Below are positions 9,183 through 18,793 of a stretch of DNA of 64,000 nucleotides, one piece after another. The position numbers and the translations under genes are program-made. The stretch lies in contig CAYPEN010000005.1 of NCBI GenBank assembly GCA_964409875.1, positions 11,569 through 75,568 on the forward strand. The letters are read 5' to 3'. The stretch is from an uncultured Gammaproteobacteria bacterium. Lineage in GTDB: Bacteria > Patescibacteriota > Microgenomatia > Levybacterales > GWA1-39-11. The number at the start of each line of letters is the position of its first letter. Positions within the stretch are counted from its first letter, which is position 1. The notes below the pieces were generated by a model that saw only the letters and a program-made list of their open reading frames with translations, made no database searches and was not told the DNA's origin.

Positions 9183-10133
9183 TCATTGTGCGGCACGCCG
9201 CGCGCCTTCCAGAGGCACGACGCGCACCTTGCCGAAAATGCGCCCCAGCACAAACGCCCCGACCTTTTCAGCGGCAATGCGAGCGGCATGACTGGCTGGA
9301 ATCGCAAAAATTGACCGCGGGCTGATGCCCTTCAGGTCGCGCTCCGGGAACGCCGTCGACTGCGGCAGATAGGTGTCATCGGGCAGCATGATGTCGCTGA
9401 GCTGTTCCTGCAGCATGGTCAATGTGCCGCGATGCAGATTGGTGTTGGTGCGAACCTTGTTCGCACACAGCCCGACCAGCGCCAGCGCACTTCCACTGGG
9501 GCGCGAGAAGTTTTCCGACTGGATCGCCTGCAGCATCGCATTGATACCTTGTAGGCTCTTTTCCTCGGGTTCGAATGGAATGATCGCGTGCGTCGCCGCC
9601 CGAACCGCGGCTCGGAAAATCGGGTTTCGGCTGGGGCCGGTATCGAGAATGATCAGGTCATAAGTCTCAGCCACATCCGGCATGTGCAGGAACTCGCCGA
9701 GCCGGTTGATGATCTGCGAAGCGATTTTGCCGCTGGCATTGTCGAATTCGGTATTGATGGATTCGAGCAGAGCAGGGTGGCCGACCATGATGTCGACCGA
9801 GTGCTCAAAGCCATTTTCAGGGCAGATATAGGTTTTATGCGGTAACACGGCCTTGCCGTAGAAGATATCGGCGATCGAACTGCGTTCGGCAAGGTCCGGA
9901 TCGTTTTCGTAATCGGGGTGGCGGGGCGGAACCTGGCCGCCGGTGGCGGTTGGATCGGATTCCATGCCGATCCAGTAGTCGCTGGAGTTGCACTGCATAT
10001 CCAGGTCCACCACCAGAACATTCTTGCCGCCATGAATGGCAGCGTATTCGGCAATGACCGCAGCCAGCGTGGTTTTACCCACACCACCTTTCTGGTTCAG
10101 CACCGCGAGCACCTTGGAATGGTAGTGGAACAT
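9183..10133 (-). CDS. parA: Second ParA-family ATPase
   Basis: NQKGGVGKTT, VDLDMQCN, ILDTGPS. Confidence 0.9.
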   Translation of the reverse strand: MFHYHSKVLAVLNQKGGVGKTTLAAVIAEYAAIHGGKNVLVVDLDMQCNSSDYWIGMESDPTATGGQVPPRHPDYENDPDLAERSSIADIFYGKAVLPHKTYICPENGFEHSVDIMVGHPALLESINTEFDNASGKIASQIINRLGEFLHMPDVAETYDLIILDTGPSRNPIFRAAVRAATHAIIPFEPEEKSLQGINAMLQAIQSENFSRPSGSALALVGLCANKVRTNTNLHRGTLTMLQEQLSDIMLPDDTYLPQSTAFPERDLKGISPRSIFAIPASHAARIAAEKVGAFVLGRIFGKVRVVPLEGARRAAQ

Positions 10134-10254
10134 CCTGTACGCCCCTTTGTATACGCGGAATGTACGCGGACAATAACGCGCAGCTAATCACACGTCAACA
10201 ATAACATACGTGCTTTAGCGTCGGAGCCGGACAGAGAGGCAGTCAGCGAATTGG

Positions 10255-10271
10255 TATCCCCCAGGGGGACA
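10255..10271. promoter_or_regulatory. Candidate parS site, copy 3
   Basis: TATCCCCC-A-GGGGGACA upstream of parA. Confidence 0.65.
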
Positions 10272-10325
10272 TGCCAGCGCGAGTCGCGGATGCTGAAATG
10301 GCGGAGGAGGGCGCGTGGGCAAAGC

Positions 10326-10646
10326 CTAGTCACCCTTCCCGTAACGTTCCTTTGCGTCTTGCTCCATGCGTTTAACTATTGGAACCAGCTCATTGGGCAG
10401 GCAGACTTCAAACCGTTCCCATCCTTCAGGCGGTAGTAAACCGTTCTCCAGATGTGAAGCCCACACGCGCGCGACCATATTACTTATGCCCATCGCCGTG
10501 CGCTTGCCCTCTTCAATGAAGTCCTTCTGCTTGCAGCCATCCACCAGCACTGCTCGCGCAATGGCGACGTTCTCATCAGTCATAGCGCGTCGAATCCGGC
10601 TCACGGCCAGATCGAACTCACTCGTCGTAAGTTTCTTGGGCGCCAT
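10326..10646 (-). CDS. TrfB/KorA-related transcriptional repressor
   Basis: IARAVLVDG..Q, VARVW, PEGWERFEVCLP...VKRME pattern of the IncP KorA/TrfB family. Confidence 0.8.
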   Translation of the reverse strand: MAPKKLTTSEFDLAVSRIRRAMTDENVAIARAVLVDGCKQKDFIEEGKRTAMGISNMVARVWASHLENGLLPPEGWERFEVCLPNELVPIVKRMEQDAKERYGKGD

Positions 10647-10988
10647 ACCTGATAACTCCCATCAGAGTAAGTGGATATATAAAGATACTAATCCTTTAAA
10701 TATACCATTGCTGAGCCGTTTGGGTCTTTGCGGGTTAAACATCCGTTGATCGGGAGGAGCTATCTGAGAAAAAGACACTCAGGTTAATCTTGCAACCAAC
10801 TAAGGACAGTTGCCCGACCCCCAGGGCTGGGCGGCTTCCCAAGCAATCTGAGAGGCTGCAGAAATGGAATACAGCAACGAATCTTCCGCATTAACGGCTT
10901 AAGGCCAAGATCAATCGACACGTCGCCTTTGGATTTAAATGCGGACATGTCTGCATATTAATTGGCGCTTTGCCCAGAGGGGCGCGAT

Positions 10989-11282
10989 ATGTTCGTTGTG
11001 ATTTTTCGAGCCAAAGTGCGGAGCGTTGATCAAGAGTATCCGGAAATTGCTGCGCGCTTACGTGATTTGGCCTTGGGCCAATTTGGGTGTCTAGAGTTTC
11101 ATTCGGTAACAGAGGGCCGAAATGAAGTTGCTCTCTCATATTGGGCTAGTGAAGAAAATATCCGCGCTTGGAAATCACATCCCGAACATATCGCGGCCCA
11201 ATCTCGCGGAAAGGAAATTTGGTATGAGTCATATTCTGTGCAAATTGTCAATATCACTCGCGAGTACGGCGCCAGCACCTAA
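10989..11282 (+). CDS. Antibiotic biosynthesis monooxygenase (ABM) family protein, cassette-like
   Basis: MFVVIFRA...SYWASEENIRAWKSHPEH..AQ.RG...WYESY; stop codon lies within an attC R'' box. Confidence 0.8.
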   Translation: MFVVIFRAKVRSVDQEYPEIAARLRDLALGQFGCLEFHSVTEGRNEVALSYWASEENIRAWKSHPEHIAAQSRGKEIWYESYSVQIVNITREYGAST

Positions 11283-11366
11283 CCGGGTGCCCAAGCGGAC
11301 AGCAAAACGCTACGCCTTTTGTTCCCTCCGCAGCATTCCGGATGTCCGCTCAGTTTTGCGTTATAT
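11277..11366 (+). other. attC-like integron recombination site
   Basis: ACCTAAC (R'') ... AGCGGACA/TGTCCGCT stem ... GTTATAT (R'-like), 90 bp. Confidence 0.75.
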
Positions 11367-11387
11367 TTCGCTATGTCGGAGCAATGC

Positions 11388-12425
11388 ATGAAGCTGGAGA
11401 CATTTGAAGATGTGCTTTCTTCTATTCGGAAGAATCCGAGGCGACAGTTTCATTTGCTTCTTGGGAATGGCTTTAGCGTTGCATACGATCCGGCAATTTT
11501 CTCATATAACGCATTGCACGATTTCGTCAAGAACGTCAATGATGGGGATCTTTCAAAGATCCTCGAAGTTATTGAGACGCGAAATTTTGAAGTGATAATG
11601 CAGTATTTGGACAACTTCGCGGCCTTGATAAATGCGTTCGGTGGTGAACCGAAGCTGAAGAAGCGGGTAGAGGCTGCAAGCGCCAAGCTGAAAAAAAGCC
11701 TGCTGGACGCCGTCAAGGCTATGCATCCAGAGCATGTCTTCAAAGTCCCGGAAGACCAAAGTATGGCGTGCGCCGCTTTTCTACAGAAATTCTTGGGTAC
11801 TACAGGAAGCATTTTTTCTACGAACTACGATTTGCTGTTGTATTGGGTTTTGATGCGAAACGGTATCGTGGATCACGTAGATGGCTGCGGCAGGGAGCTT
11901 GAGAATGATACAGGCGAGTATATGGCGCCAGAAGATCAGGAATGGTCTGAACTAATTTGGGGAATAAACCGCAATAAGCAAAATGTTTTCTATCTGCATG
12001 GGGCTCTTCCGTTTTTCGATAGTGGAGTTTCGGTAGTTAAGGAGGAGTACGATGTTTATAACTATCTGCTCGAAAATATCAGCGCAAGAATGGAGAACGG
12101 GGAGTATCCGATTTTCGTAACTGCTGGTGATGGCACGCAGAAACTAAACCACATTACTCATAATCAATATCTAACTTATTGCTACGACAATTTCTGTCAA
12201 ATGGAAGGCTCACTCGTTACCTATGGTTTCAGTTTCGGTCAGTACGATGAGCACATCATTGCCGCTATCAATAAAGCTGCAAAACAAAAGATTCCAAATA
12301 AGCTCTGGAGCATATACATCGGTGTCTACTCCCCTGAAGACAAAAAGCATATAGAACAAATTAAAGGAAAGTTTGCATGCAAAGTTCATGTCTTCGATGC
12401 GAAGACGGCAAACGTCTGGCGCTAG
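11388..12425 (+). CDS. DUF4917-like protein with SIR2-like fold, candidate defence NADase
   Basis: LLLGNGFS, STNYDLLLYW, YLHGAL, GFSFGQYDEHI; low GC. Confidence 0.78.
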   Translation: MKLETFEDVLSSIRKNPRRQFHLLLGNGFSVAYDPAIFSYNALHDFVKNVNDGDLSKILEVIETRNFEVIMQYLDNFAALINAFGGEPKLKKRVEAASAKLKKSLLDAVKAMHPEHVFKVPEDQSMACAAFLQKFLGTTGSIFSTNYDLLLYWVLMRNGIVDHVDGCGRELENDTGEYMAPEDQEWSELIWGINRNKQNVFYLHGALPFFDSGVSVVKEEYDVYNYLLENISARMENGEYPIFVTAGDGTQKLNHITHNQYLTYCYDNFCQMEGSLVTYGFSFGQYDEHIIAAINKAAKQKIPNKLWSIYIGVYSPEDKKHIEQIKGKFACKVHVFDAKTANVWR

Positions 12426-12435
12426 CGGCGTAGTC

Positions 12436-12528
12436 AAATATCGCAAAGAGTTCAAGTTTGTTCGCTGCGCTCACTGGGACTGCCAATACGCTACGCGTTT
12501 CGCCACCCCTTGAGCTCGCACTGTATTG
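12436..12528 (+). other. Degenerate attC-like site
   Basis: GTTCAAGTTTGTTCGCTGCGCTCACTGGGAC...CCCCTTGA resembles the internal sequence of a common attC family; R boxes eroded. Confidence 0.5.
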
Positions 12529-12540
12529 GAGCGCAAGAAA

Positions 12541-13008
12541 ATGACCATCACGATTTCCGATGCAGTCAAACAAATGCTCGCAATAGTGGAGGAGCTTTGC
12601 GCTGCGTATCCACACAAAAAGTTCACACTCGATGGCCGTCTCGTGGGCGATATCGGGGAGGTGTTAGTTGAAGACGCATATGGTCTAAAGCTCTTCCCTG
12701 ATATCAAAAAACATCACGATGCAGAGTGCCCAGACGGGCGGCTTGTGCAGATCAAAGCCACAATGAAGAAAAGCCTAACGTTCCCCGCGGACCATGTTCC
12801 AAACTACTACCTCGGGGTTCAGGTAGGAGCAGACGGCACGTTCGTAGAAGTTTTCAACGGGCCTGGCGCTGTTGCTTGGGAAGCGGTAAAGGGCAGAGCC
12901 AAACCAAAGACCAACCTGCATTCCGTTCCAGTGGCCGCATTGGCAAAGCTTCAAAAGAAAGTGCGCCCGGAAGACCGCATCCCATTGCGCTCCAACAAGC
13001 CCCGGTGA
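12541..13008 (+). CDS. DUF6998-like protein (possible PD-(D/E)XK nuclease fold)
   Basis: KFTLDGRLVGDIGEV, HDA...VQIKAT, EVFNGPG; GGAG upstream. Confidence 0.7.
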   Translation: MTITISDAVKQMLAIVEELCAAYPHKKFTLDGRLVGDIGEVLVEDAYGLKLFPDIKKHHDAECPDGRLVQIKATMKKSLTFPADHVPNYYLGVQVGADGTFVEVFNGPGAVAWEAVKGRAKPKTNLHSVPVAALAKLQKKVRPEDRIPLRSNKPR

Positions 13009-13063
13009 TCCAATCCACCTCAATTTCGAGCGCCATTTCTTCTAAGCGGGATCCACAGCTGCA

Positions 13064-13723
13064 TCACAATAGACTTACTTGCCGAGGCTGTGATGCCTTC
13101 CAGACTCTCTTGACCTGACTCTCACTGCAACCAGCCAATTTCGCCGTCCGGGCAATGCTAGTACCGGCCGATCGTAACGCGATGATTTGTTGATGCATGG
13201 CGACATCTGGTTGCCTGCCGGTGTACTTACCGGCCTGCTTTGCGAGCTGCACTCCTTGCCGTTGTCTTTCCCTCCGATCCTCGTAATCGTCGCGCGCGGC
13301 TTGTAGCGCCACCTTCAAAAGCATTTCTTGCACTGACTCCAGCACAACTTTCGAAACGCCTTTGGCATCCGCCGCAAGTTCGGATAGATCGATGATGCCC
13401 GGTACCGCCAACTTGGCGCCCTTGGCGCGAATCGAGCCAATCAGCTTCTCAGCATCGGGGAGGGGGAGGCGGCTGATCCGGTCGATCTTCTCGGCAATTA
13501 CCACTTCGCCAGGCTGCAGGTCGTCGATCATTCGCAATAGCTCTGGCCGGTCTGCACGCGCACCGGATGCCTTTTCCCGATAGATCCCAGCAACGTAGTA
13601 ACCGGCGTCTCGTGCCCCTTGCGAGAGACTCTCCTGGCGCCGCAAATCTTGTTCGTCGGTGCTGACCCGCATGTAGATGCGGGCCACTCGGATTTCAGAA
13701 TCTCTGGTCTTGGGTGATCGCAT
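13064..13723 (-). CDS. Serine recombinase/resolvase
   Basis: YMRVSTDEQ, EKASG, DRISR, C-terminal HTH. Confidence 0.92.
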   Translation of the reverse strand: MRSPKTRDSEIRVARIYMRVSTDEQDLRRQESLSQGARDAGYYVAGIYREKASGARADRPELLRMIDDLQPGEVVIAEKIDRISRLPLPDAEKLIGSIRAKGAKLAVPGIIDLSELAADAKGVSKVVLESVQEMLLKVALQAARDDYEDRRERQRQGVQLAKQAGKYTGRQPDVAMHQQIIALRSAGTSIARTAKLAGCSESQVKRVWKASQPRQVSLL

Positions 13724-14113
13724 CGAAGTGTGCCTTCAGTAGGGCGTTTATAATGGACAAATAGGGTGTACCTAAATGCACCAACAATATCCGATGGGGC
13801 CAGAGCATGCAATGGCGATGTATATGCGCCTAGCTAATAATTCTGATTTATATGGACTAGGTGCGAAGTAAAGTCGGGCAGCACCGGTCATCGGTTCCAA
13901 AGGCCGTGACCGAAATAGAGCGCCGATATGTCGGCGCGTTTGTGCGTCGGCTCTGAGGGGTTCGGTAGCCGATCTAGAGCTGTATCGGCTAAACAGGAAA
14001 GCGGGGGAGGGTGTGCGCAGACCCTTGCGAATCTTACGGCAGAGTTGTTCTTTCAAGCTGGTCGTCTATTCGAACGCATGGTCGACCAGGCGCGCCAACA
14101 CAACACCATCATC

Positions 14114-14137
14114 GACCGAAGTTCGGCCAAAGCGGTC
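14114..14137 (+). repeat. dif-like site A (9-6-9)
   Basis: GACCGAAGT-TCGGCC-AAAGCGGTC. Confidence 0.55.
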
Positions 14138-14305
14138 TATCTAGACATTTCAATTTACAGCGGTCGACACTCAGAAAGCAGACATTCACTTACTAGACTT
14201 AATGTTTTGAAGGTGAATGACGCTGATGGCGCGTGCAGCACATTTTTGCGCCATGGTTTTTGGGTATCGTTGCATGATTAACTAATTCAAAAAGCAACGA
14301 CAACA

Positions 14306-14728
14306 TTAAGAATGGCAAACGCAGTTTTCACCATCCGCCGCTGCATTGAGCGTTTGCAAAATGCCGCAATCTTCCGCCTGCCGATGTTCGCTGCAGCGGG
14401 CTTGCAGCAGCAATAACTGTTGTTCGAGATGTTGCAGTTGCTCAATGCGTTGCCGCACTTGGTTCACATGCGTTGCGACGAGTTGATTAATTTCGTCGCA
14501 CGCAAGATCAGGGTGTTCGCGATAATTCAGCAGCGAACGAATTTCCGGTAGCGACAAATCCAATGATCGGCAATGACGAATAAATTGCAGCGCCTCGCGA
14601 TGTGTTGCGCCGTACTGTCGATAACCAGCATCTGTACGCGGTGGCGCCGGTAGCAAACCTTCGTGCTCATAAAAACGAATGGTCGGAACATCAACGCCGG
14701 TTGTTTTGGCCAGCTCACCGATTTGCAT
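14306..14728 (-). CDS. cadR: Cd(II)/Pb(II)-responsive MerR-family regulator
   Basis: MQIGELA...TIRFYE..GLLP.P.R...YRQY, FIRHCRSLDLSL, three metal Cys (ACDE, RC, CGIL). Confidence 0.92.
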   Translation of the reverse strand: MQIGELAKTTGVDVPTIRFYEHEGLLPAPPRTDAGYRQYGATHREALQFIRHCRSLDLSLPEIRSLLNYREHPDLACDEINQLVATHVNQVRQRIEQLQHLEQQLLLLQARCSEHRQAEDCGILQTLNAAADGENCVCHS

Positions 14729-14745
14729 AATTTGCCTCCCATTGC

Positions 14746-14776
14746 TTGACCCTAGAGTAGCTAGAGGGTTTTAAAT
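14746..14776 (+). promoter_or_regulatory. MerR-type promoter/operator of cadA
   Basis: TTGACC-N19-TTAAAT with imperfect dyad CCCTAGAGTAGCTAGAGGG. Confidence 0.85.
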
Positions 14777-14810
14777 CCACAATATCACTGTTTCCACTGA
14801 GACCCGTGTA

Positions 14811-17003
14811 ATGGATTCTCCCGATAGTTGTTGCGGTTCAAAGTCGTCTTGTGCGGCACCGATACCCTTGGCCGAGGCGACCACCGCTACCAACGGCACT
14901 CGAACGGTAGTGCGCATCGACGGTATGGATTGCCCTACGGAGGAGAACTTGATTCGTGGCAAGTTCACTTCATTCCCTGGCGTAATCGGACTGGAATTCA
15001 ATCTGCTCCAGCGCTTGCTAACACTCATCCACACGCCTGAGGCACTGCCTCGCGCTCTGGATGCTTTGCGCGGGCTCGGTTTTGATCCGGTGGTGCAAGC
15101 TGATAACGCCACCCCGAGTGAGTTGGTCGAACCCCCGGCACTCAATCGTCGGGAGCTGGCATTACTGAGTCTGTCGGGCTTGTGTGCAGTAGCGGCCGAG
15201 ATGATCAACTGGGCAAGCGGCTCGCTCTGGCTCGAAATTGCGCTCAGCTTGGTCGCGGTTTTCAGCGGCGGCCTCGGCACCTATAAAAAAGGCTGGATTG
15301 CGCTCAAAAACCGCACACTCAACATCAACGCCCTAATGTCAGTGGCTGTTACAGGCGCGCTGTTGATTGGTCAGTGGCCCGAAGCCGCGATGGTGATTGT
15401 GTTGTTTGCGATCGCCGAACTGATCGAAAAGGTTTCACTAGAGCGTGCGCGCAACGCGGTGCGCGGTCTGATGGCGATGACGCCGGAAACGGTCAGCGTT
15501 CGCCAGCCCGATAACAGCTGGCGCGATGTCATGGCTGACGAAGTGGCTGTTGGCGCTGTGATGCGCGTGCGCCCCGGCGAGCGGGTTGCGCTGGACGGCG
15601 TTGTTACTCAAGGGCAATCGAACCTGAATCAGGCGCCGATCACCGGTGAAAGTATTCCTGTCGAAAAAAGCGTTGGCGATTCGGTCTATGCCGGCAGTAT
15701 CAACGAAGCTGGGGCTCTGGAGGTGCGAGTTACTGCCGCCAGCACGGACTCAACTGTTGCTCGCATCATTCATGCGGTCGAAGCGGCGCAAGGCAGCCGC
15801 GCACCGACCCAGCGCTTCGTCGATCAATTCGCGAAGATCTACACGCCGGTCGTGTTCGTGCTGGCTATCGCCATTGCCATACTACCGCCGCTATTGTTCG
15901 ATGGATTGTGGCTAACTTGGATTTACCGTGCGCTGGTGTTGCTGGTTATCGCGTGTCCTTGCGCGCTGGTGATTTCAACACCCGTCACGGTGGTGAGTGG
16001 TCTCGCTGCAGCGGCGCGACGCGGTATTTTGATTAAAGGCGGCGCCTTTCTCGAAGCGGGTCGCAATCTCAAAGTGATGGCGCTCGATAAGACCGGTACG
16101 CTCACCATGGGCAAGCCCACCGTTGTCGATTTTCTGCCGTTTGCCGACCGCGGGACTACGTTGCGTCAGGCGGCGAGTCTGGCCAGCCACTCGGATCATC
16201 CGGTGTCACAGGCCGTTACCCGATTCGCCGATGGGCACACACAGCTTGCCGAGCCTATTGCCATGCAGGCACTGCCGGGGCGTGGTGTTAAAGCCGAGAT
16301 CGAGGGGCAACTGCTGTATCTTGGCAATCATCGCCTGGTCGAAGATTTAAAGATCTGCAGTCCTGCGCTGGAAGCACAGTTAAAAGCACTGGAAAGCCAG
16401 GGCAAAACGACCACACTGCTGATGAGCGAGAGTCAAGTGCTCGGGGTATTTGGTGTCGCTGACACCGTGCGCGAAAGCAGTAAGCAAGCCGTGGCCGAAC
16501 TGCACGCGCTGGGTATTACCACCTCGATGCTGACTGGCGACAATCCACTCACGGCAAAGGCAATCGCGGCTCAAGTCGGCATCGATATCGTAGAAGCCGA
16601 ATTATTGCCCGCTGACAAACTGGCCGCGATCGAAGCGATGGCGGCTCAATACGGTGCCATCGGCATGGTGGGCGACGGCATCAACGATGCGCCCGCACTG
16701 GCGCGCGCAGACATCGGTTTTGCGATGGGTGCAGCGGGCTCCGATACCGCGCTCGAAACAGCGGATGTCGCGTTGATGGATGATGACCCGCGCAAGCTGG
16801 CTGAATTTATCCGGCTGAGCCGAAACACTGCGGCGATATTGCGTCAGAACATCGTGTTGGCGTTGAGCATCAAGGCCGTGTTTTTTGTGCTCGCTGTGCT
16901 TGGCACTGCGACGCTGTGGATGGCAGTGTTTGCCGACATGGGCGCGAGCTTGCTTGTGGTGGCCAATGGGTTGCGCTTGCTGAAATTGGGCAAGCCGCGA
17001 TGA
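14811..17003 (+). CDS. cadA: Heavy-metal P1B-type ATPase (CadA/ZntA/PbrA)
   Basis: GMDCPTEE, TGES, CPC, DKTGT, HP, GDGINDAP. Confidence 0.93.
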   Translation: MDSPDSCCGSKSSCAAPIPLAEATTATNGTRTVVRIDGMDCPTEENLIRGKFTSFPGVIGLEFNLLQRLLTLIHTPEALPRALDALRGLGFDPVVQADNATPSELVEPPALNRRELALLSLSGLCAVAAEMINWASGSLWLEIALSLVAVFSGGLGTYKKGWIALKNRTLNINALMSVAVTGALLIGQWPEAAMVIVLFAIAELIEKVSLERARNAVRGLMAMTPETVSVRQPDNSWRDVMADEVAVGAVMRVRPGERVALDGVVTQGQSNLNQAPITGESIPVEKSVGDSVYAGSINEAGALEVRVTAASTDSTVARIIHAVEAAQGSRAPTQRFVDQFAKIYTPVVFVLAIAIAILPPLLFDGLWLTWIYRALVLLVIACPCALVISTPVTVVSGLAAAARRGILIKGGAFLEAGRNLKVMALDKTGTLTMGKPTVVDFLPFADRGTTLRQAASLASHSDHPVSQAVTRFADGHTQLAEPIAMQALPGRGVKAEIEGQLLYLGNHRLVEDLKICSPALEAQLKALESQGKTTTLLMSESQVLGVFGVADTVRESSKQAVAELHALGITTSMLTGDNPLTAKAIAAQVGIDIVEAELLPADKLAAIEAMAAQYGAIGMVGDGINDAPALARADIGFAMGAAGSDTALETADVALMDDDPRKLAEFIRLSRNTAAILRQNIVLALSIKAVFFVLAVLGTATLWMAVFADMGASLLVVANGLRLLKLGKPR

Positions 17004-17046
17004 GTTTTCCGCGCGCCGCTGACTTAGCGTTGTTGCTGTCTCACAC

Positions 17047-17448
17047 TTGTGCCAGACTTCGTTGATGCGCGCGTTACGTCAATCCTCTTGGTTTATTGCT
17101 CTGCTGTGTGTGCTCTTGATCGGCGCACGTATCAGCGGTGCGCATTGGCATTTGTGTTTAGATCGTACCGAGCCGCCACTTGCACTGCATGTCGGCGACA
17201 TTGATCAACACGACGACGATTCATCCTCCAACGCTCCACATCAAGATGTTGATTTAAAGCTGGTCGATGATGGTCTGATCAAAAACTTACTGAGCGGCCT
17301 CGATGCGCCCATGCTGCTCACGTTAATTCTGTGCGTATGGCTATTGCCGCGTCGTGTTCAATCAGTACCGCTTTCGCACTACCGTGTCCCTACATTTCTC
17401 AACGATCCTCGTTCACTGCACGCGCCACCGCGTGCACCTCCGCTCTAA
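17047..17448 (+). CDS. Small His-containing CzcI-like protein
   Basis: Signal-like N-terminus, HWHLC, H/D-rich middle and PPRAPP end; directly upstream of czcC. Confidence 0.55.
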   Translation: MCQTSLMRALRQSSWFIALLCVLLIGARISGAHWHLCLDRTEPPLALHVGDIDQHDDDSSSNAPHQDVDLKLVDDGLIKNLLSGLDAPMLLTLILCVWLLPRRVQSVPLSHYRVPTFLNDPRSLHAPPRAPPL

Positions 17449-17515
17449 CTCCCACATCCATCACCTCGTGATTATTCGCGCCTGACGGCGCTGTTATTTC
17501 TGTGGGAGTTTTTCT

Positions 17516-18793
17516 ATGTCTTGTCTCTGGACGCGCGGGCTTATCGCGTGTGTCGGGGCGTTGTCGCTGACGTTATCCGTCGCGCACGCCGCTGATTTTA
17601 TGGAACCGCGTGGCGAATTAACGCTGACGGATGCGATCGCTGCGGCGATGCAACGCAATCCGTCGTTGCGAAACGCCGATTTTGAAATTCGCGCCGCCGA
17701 TGCGCGTATCACACAAGCGCAATTGCGGCCCAATCCTGAATTGGGCGTGACGCTAGAGAATTTCGGTGGCAGCGGCAATTTGCGTGGCACCGATACTCTC
17801 GAATCGACGTTGACGCTGAGTCAGGTCATCGAACTTGGCGGTAAGCGTAGTCGCCGTGCGGATGCCGCACGCTATGGTCGCGACAGTGCGAGCATCGAGC
17901 GCGAATCAGCACAACTCGATGTGCTCGCCGATGTCACGCGCCGTTTTATCGATGTGGCCGAACAACAAGAACAATTGTTGCTGACGCGCAAGGCGACCGA
18001 ATTAGCGGAAAAAACACTGGCCGCAATTACTGCGCGTGTGGATGCAGCGCGCGCACCGCTTGCGGAAAAAAGTCGAGCCACGATTGCACTCGGTCGAGCG
18101 TGTCTGGAGCAACAGCAAGCCGAACAATCACTGCTCACAGCGCATCGCCGCCTCGCCGCGTTATGGGGTAGCACTGAGCCGCGTTTTGGCGATGCCAAAA
18201 ACGATATGTTCGACCTGCCTGCCGTTGCGAGTTTCGACAATCTGACTACAAGGTTGCAATCGAGTCCCGATTTTTTGCGTTTCACCAGTGAAAGCCGACT
18301 GCGCGATGCCGAGTGGCAATTAGCGATGGCGCAGGCGAAATCCGATGTGACCGTTGGTGCCGGTCTGCGACGTTTCGAGGAAACCGGCGATAACGGTTTT
18401 GTGGTGAATTTCTCGATGCCATTGCCGTTCGCCAATCGCAACCAAGGCGCAATCCGCGAAGCCTCGATTCGACGCGATCAGGTGCAAGTACAACAGCAAG
18501 CGGCATTCATTACGACACAAGCCAATCTGTTCGAGTTCTATCAGCAATTGCAGCTCGCGCGCACCGAAGTCACGAGTCTTCGCACGCAATTAATTCCGCA
18601 AGCCGAATTAGCGCTGAAACAAACGCACGATGGTTACGAGCGCGGTCGCTTTTCGTATTTGGAATTAGCAGACGCGCAACGCGAATTACTCGAACTGCAA
18701 CGCACGGCCATTGCCGCTGCCGCCACCTATCACCGCGTGCTCGCCGAAATCGAACGCTTGACCAATACGTCGCTTGCGGCGACTCAGGATTAA
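17516..18793 (+). CDS. czcC: TolC-family outer membrane factor
   Basis: Signal peptide, PNPEL, QVIELGGKR, NRNQG, YERGRFSYLEL.DAQR. Confidence 0.88.
   Translation: MSCLWTRGLIACVGALSLTLSVAHAADFMEPRGELTLTDAIAAAMQRNPSLRNADFEIRAADARITQAQLRPNPELGVTLENFGGSGNLRGTDTLESTLTLSQVIELGGKRSRRADAARYGRDSASIERESAQLDVLADVTRRFIDVAEQQEQLLLTRKATELAEKTLAAITARVDAARAPLAEKSRATIALGRACLEQQQAEQSLLTAHRRLAALWGSTEPRFGDAKNDMFDLPAVASFDNLTTRLQSSPDFLRFTSESRLRDAEWQLAMAQAKSDVTVGAGLRRFEETGDNGFVVNFSMPLPFANRNQGAIREASIRRDQVQVQQQAAFITTQANLFEFYQQLQLARTEVTSLRTQLIPQAELALKQTHDGYERGRFSYLELADAQRELLELQRTAIAAAATYHRVLAEIERLTNTSLAATQD

Noticed and set aside
10790-10910. Further dif-like or attI site upstream of the ABM cassette
   Set aside because: Only weak partial arm matches; not supportable by eye
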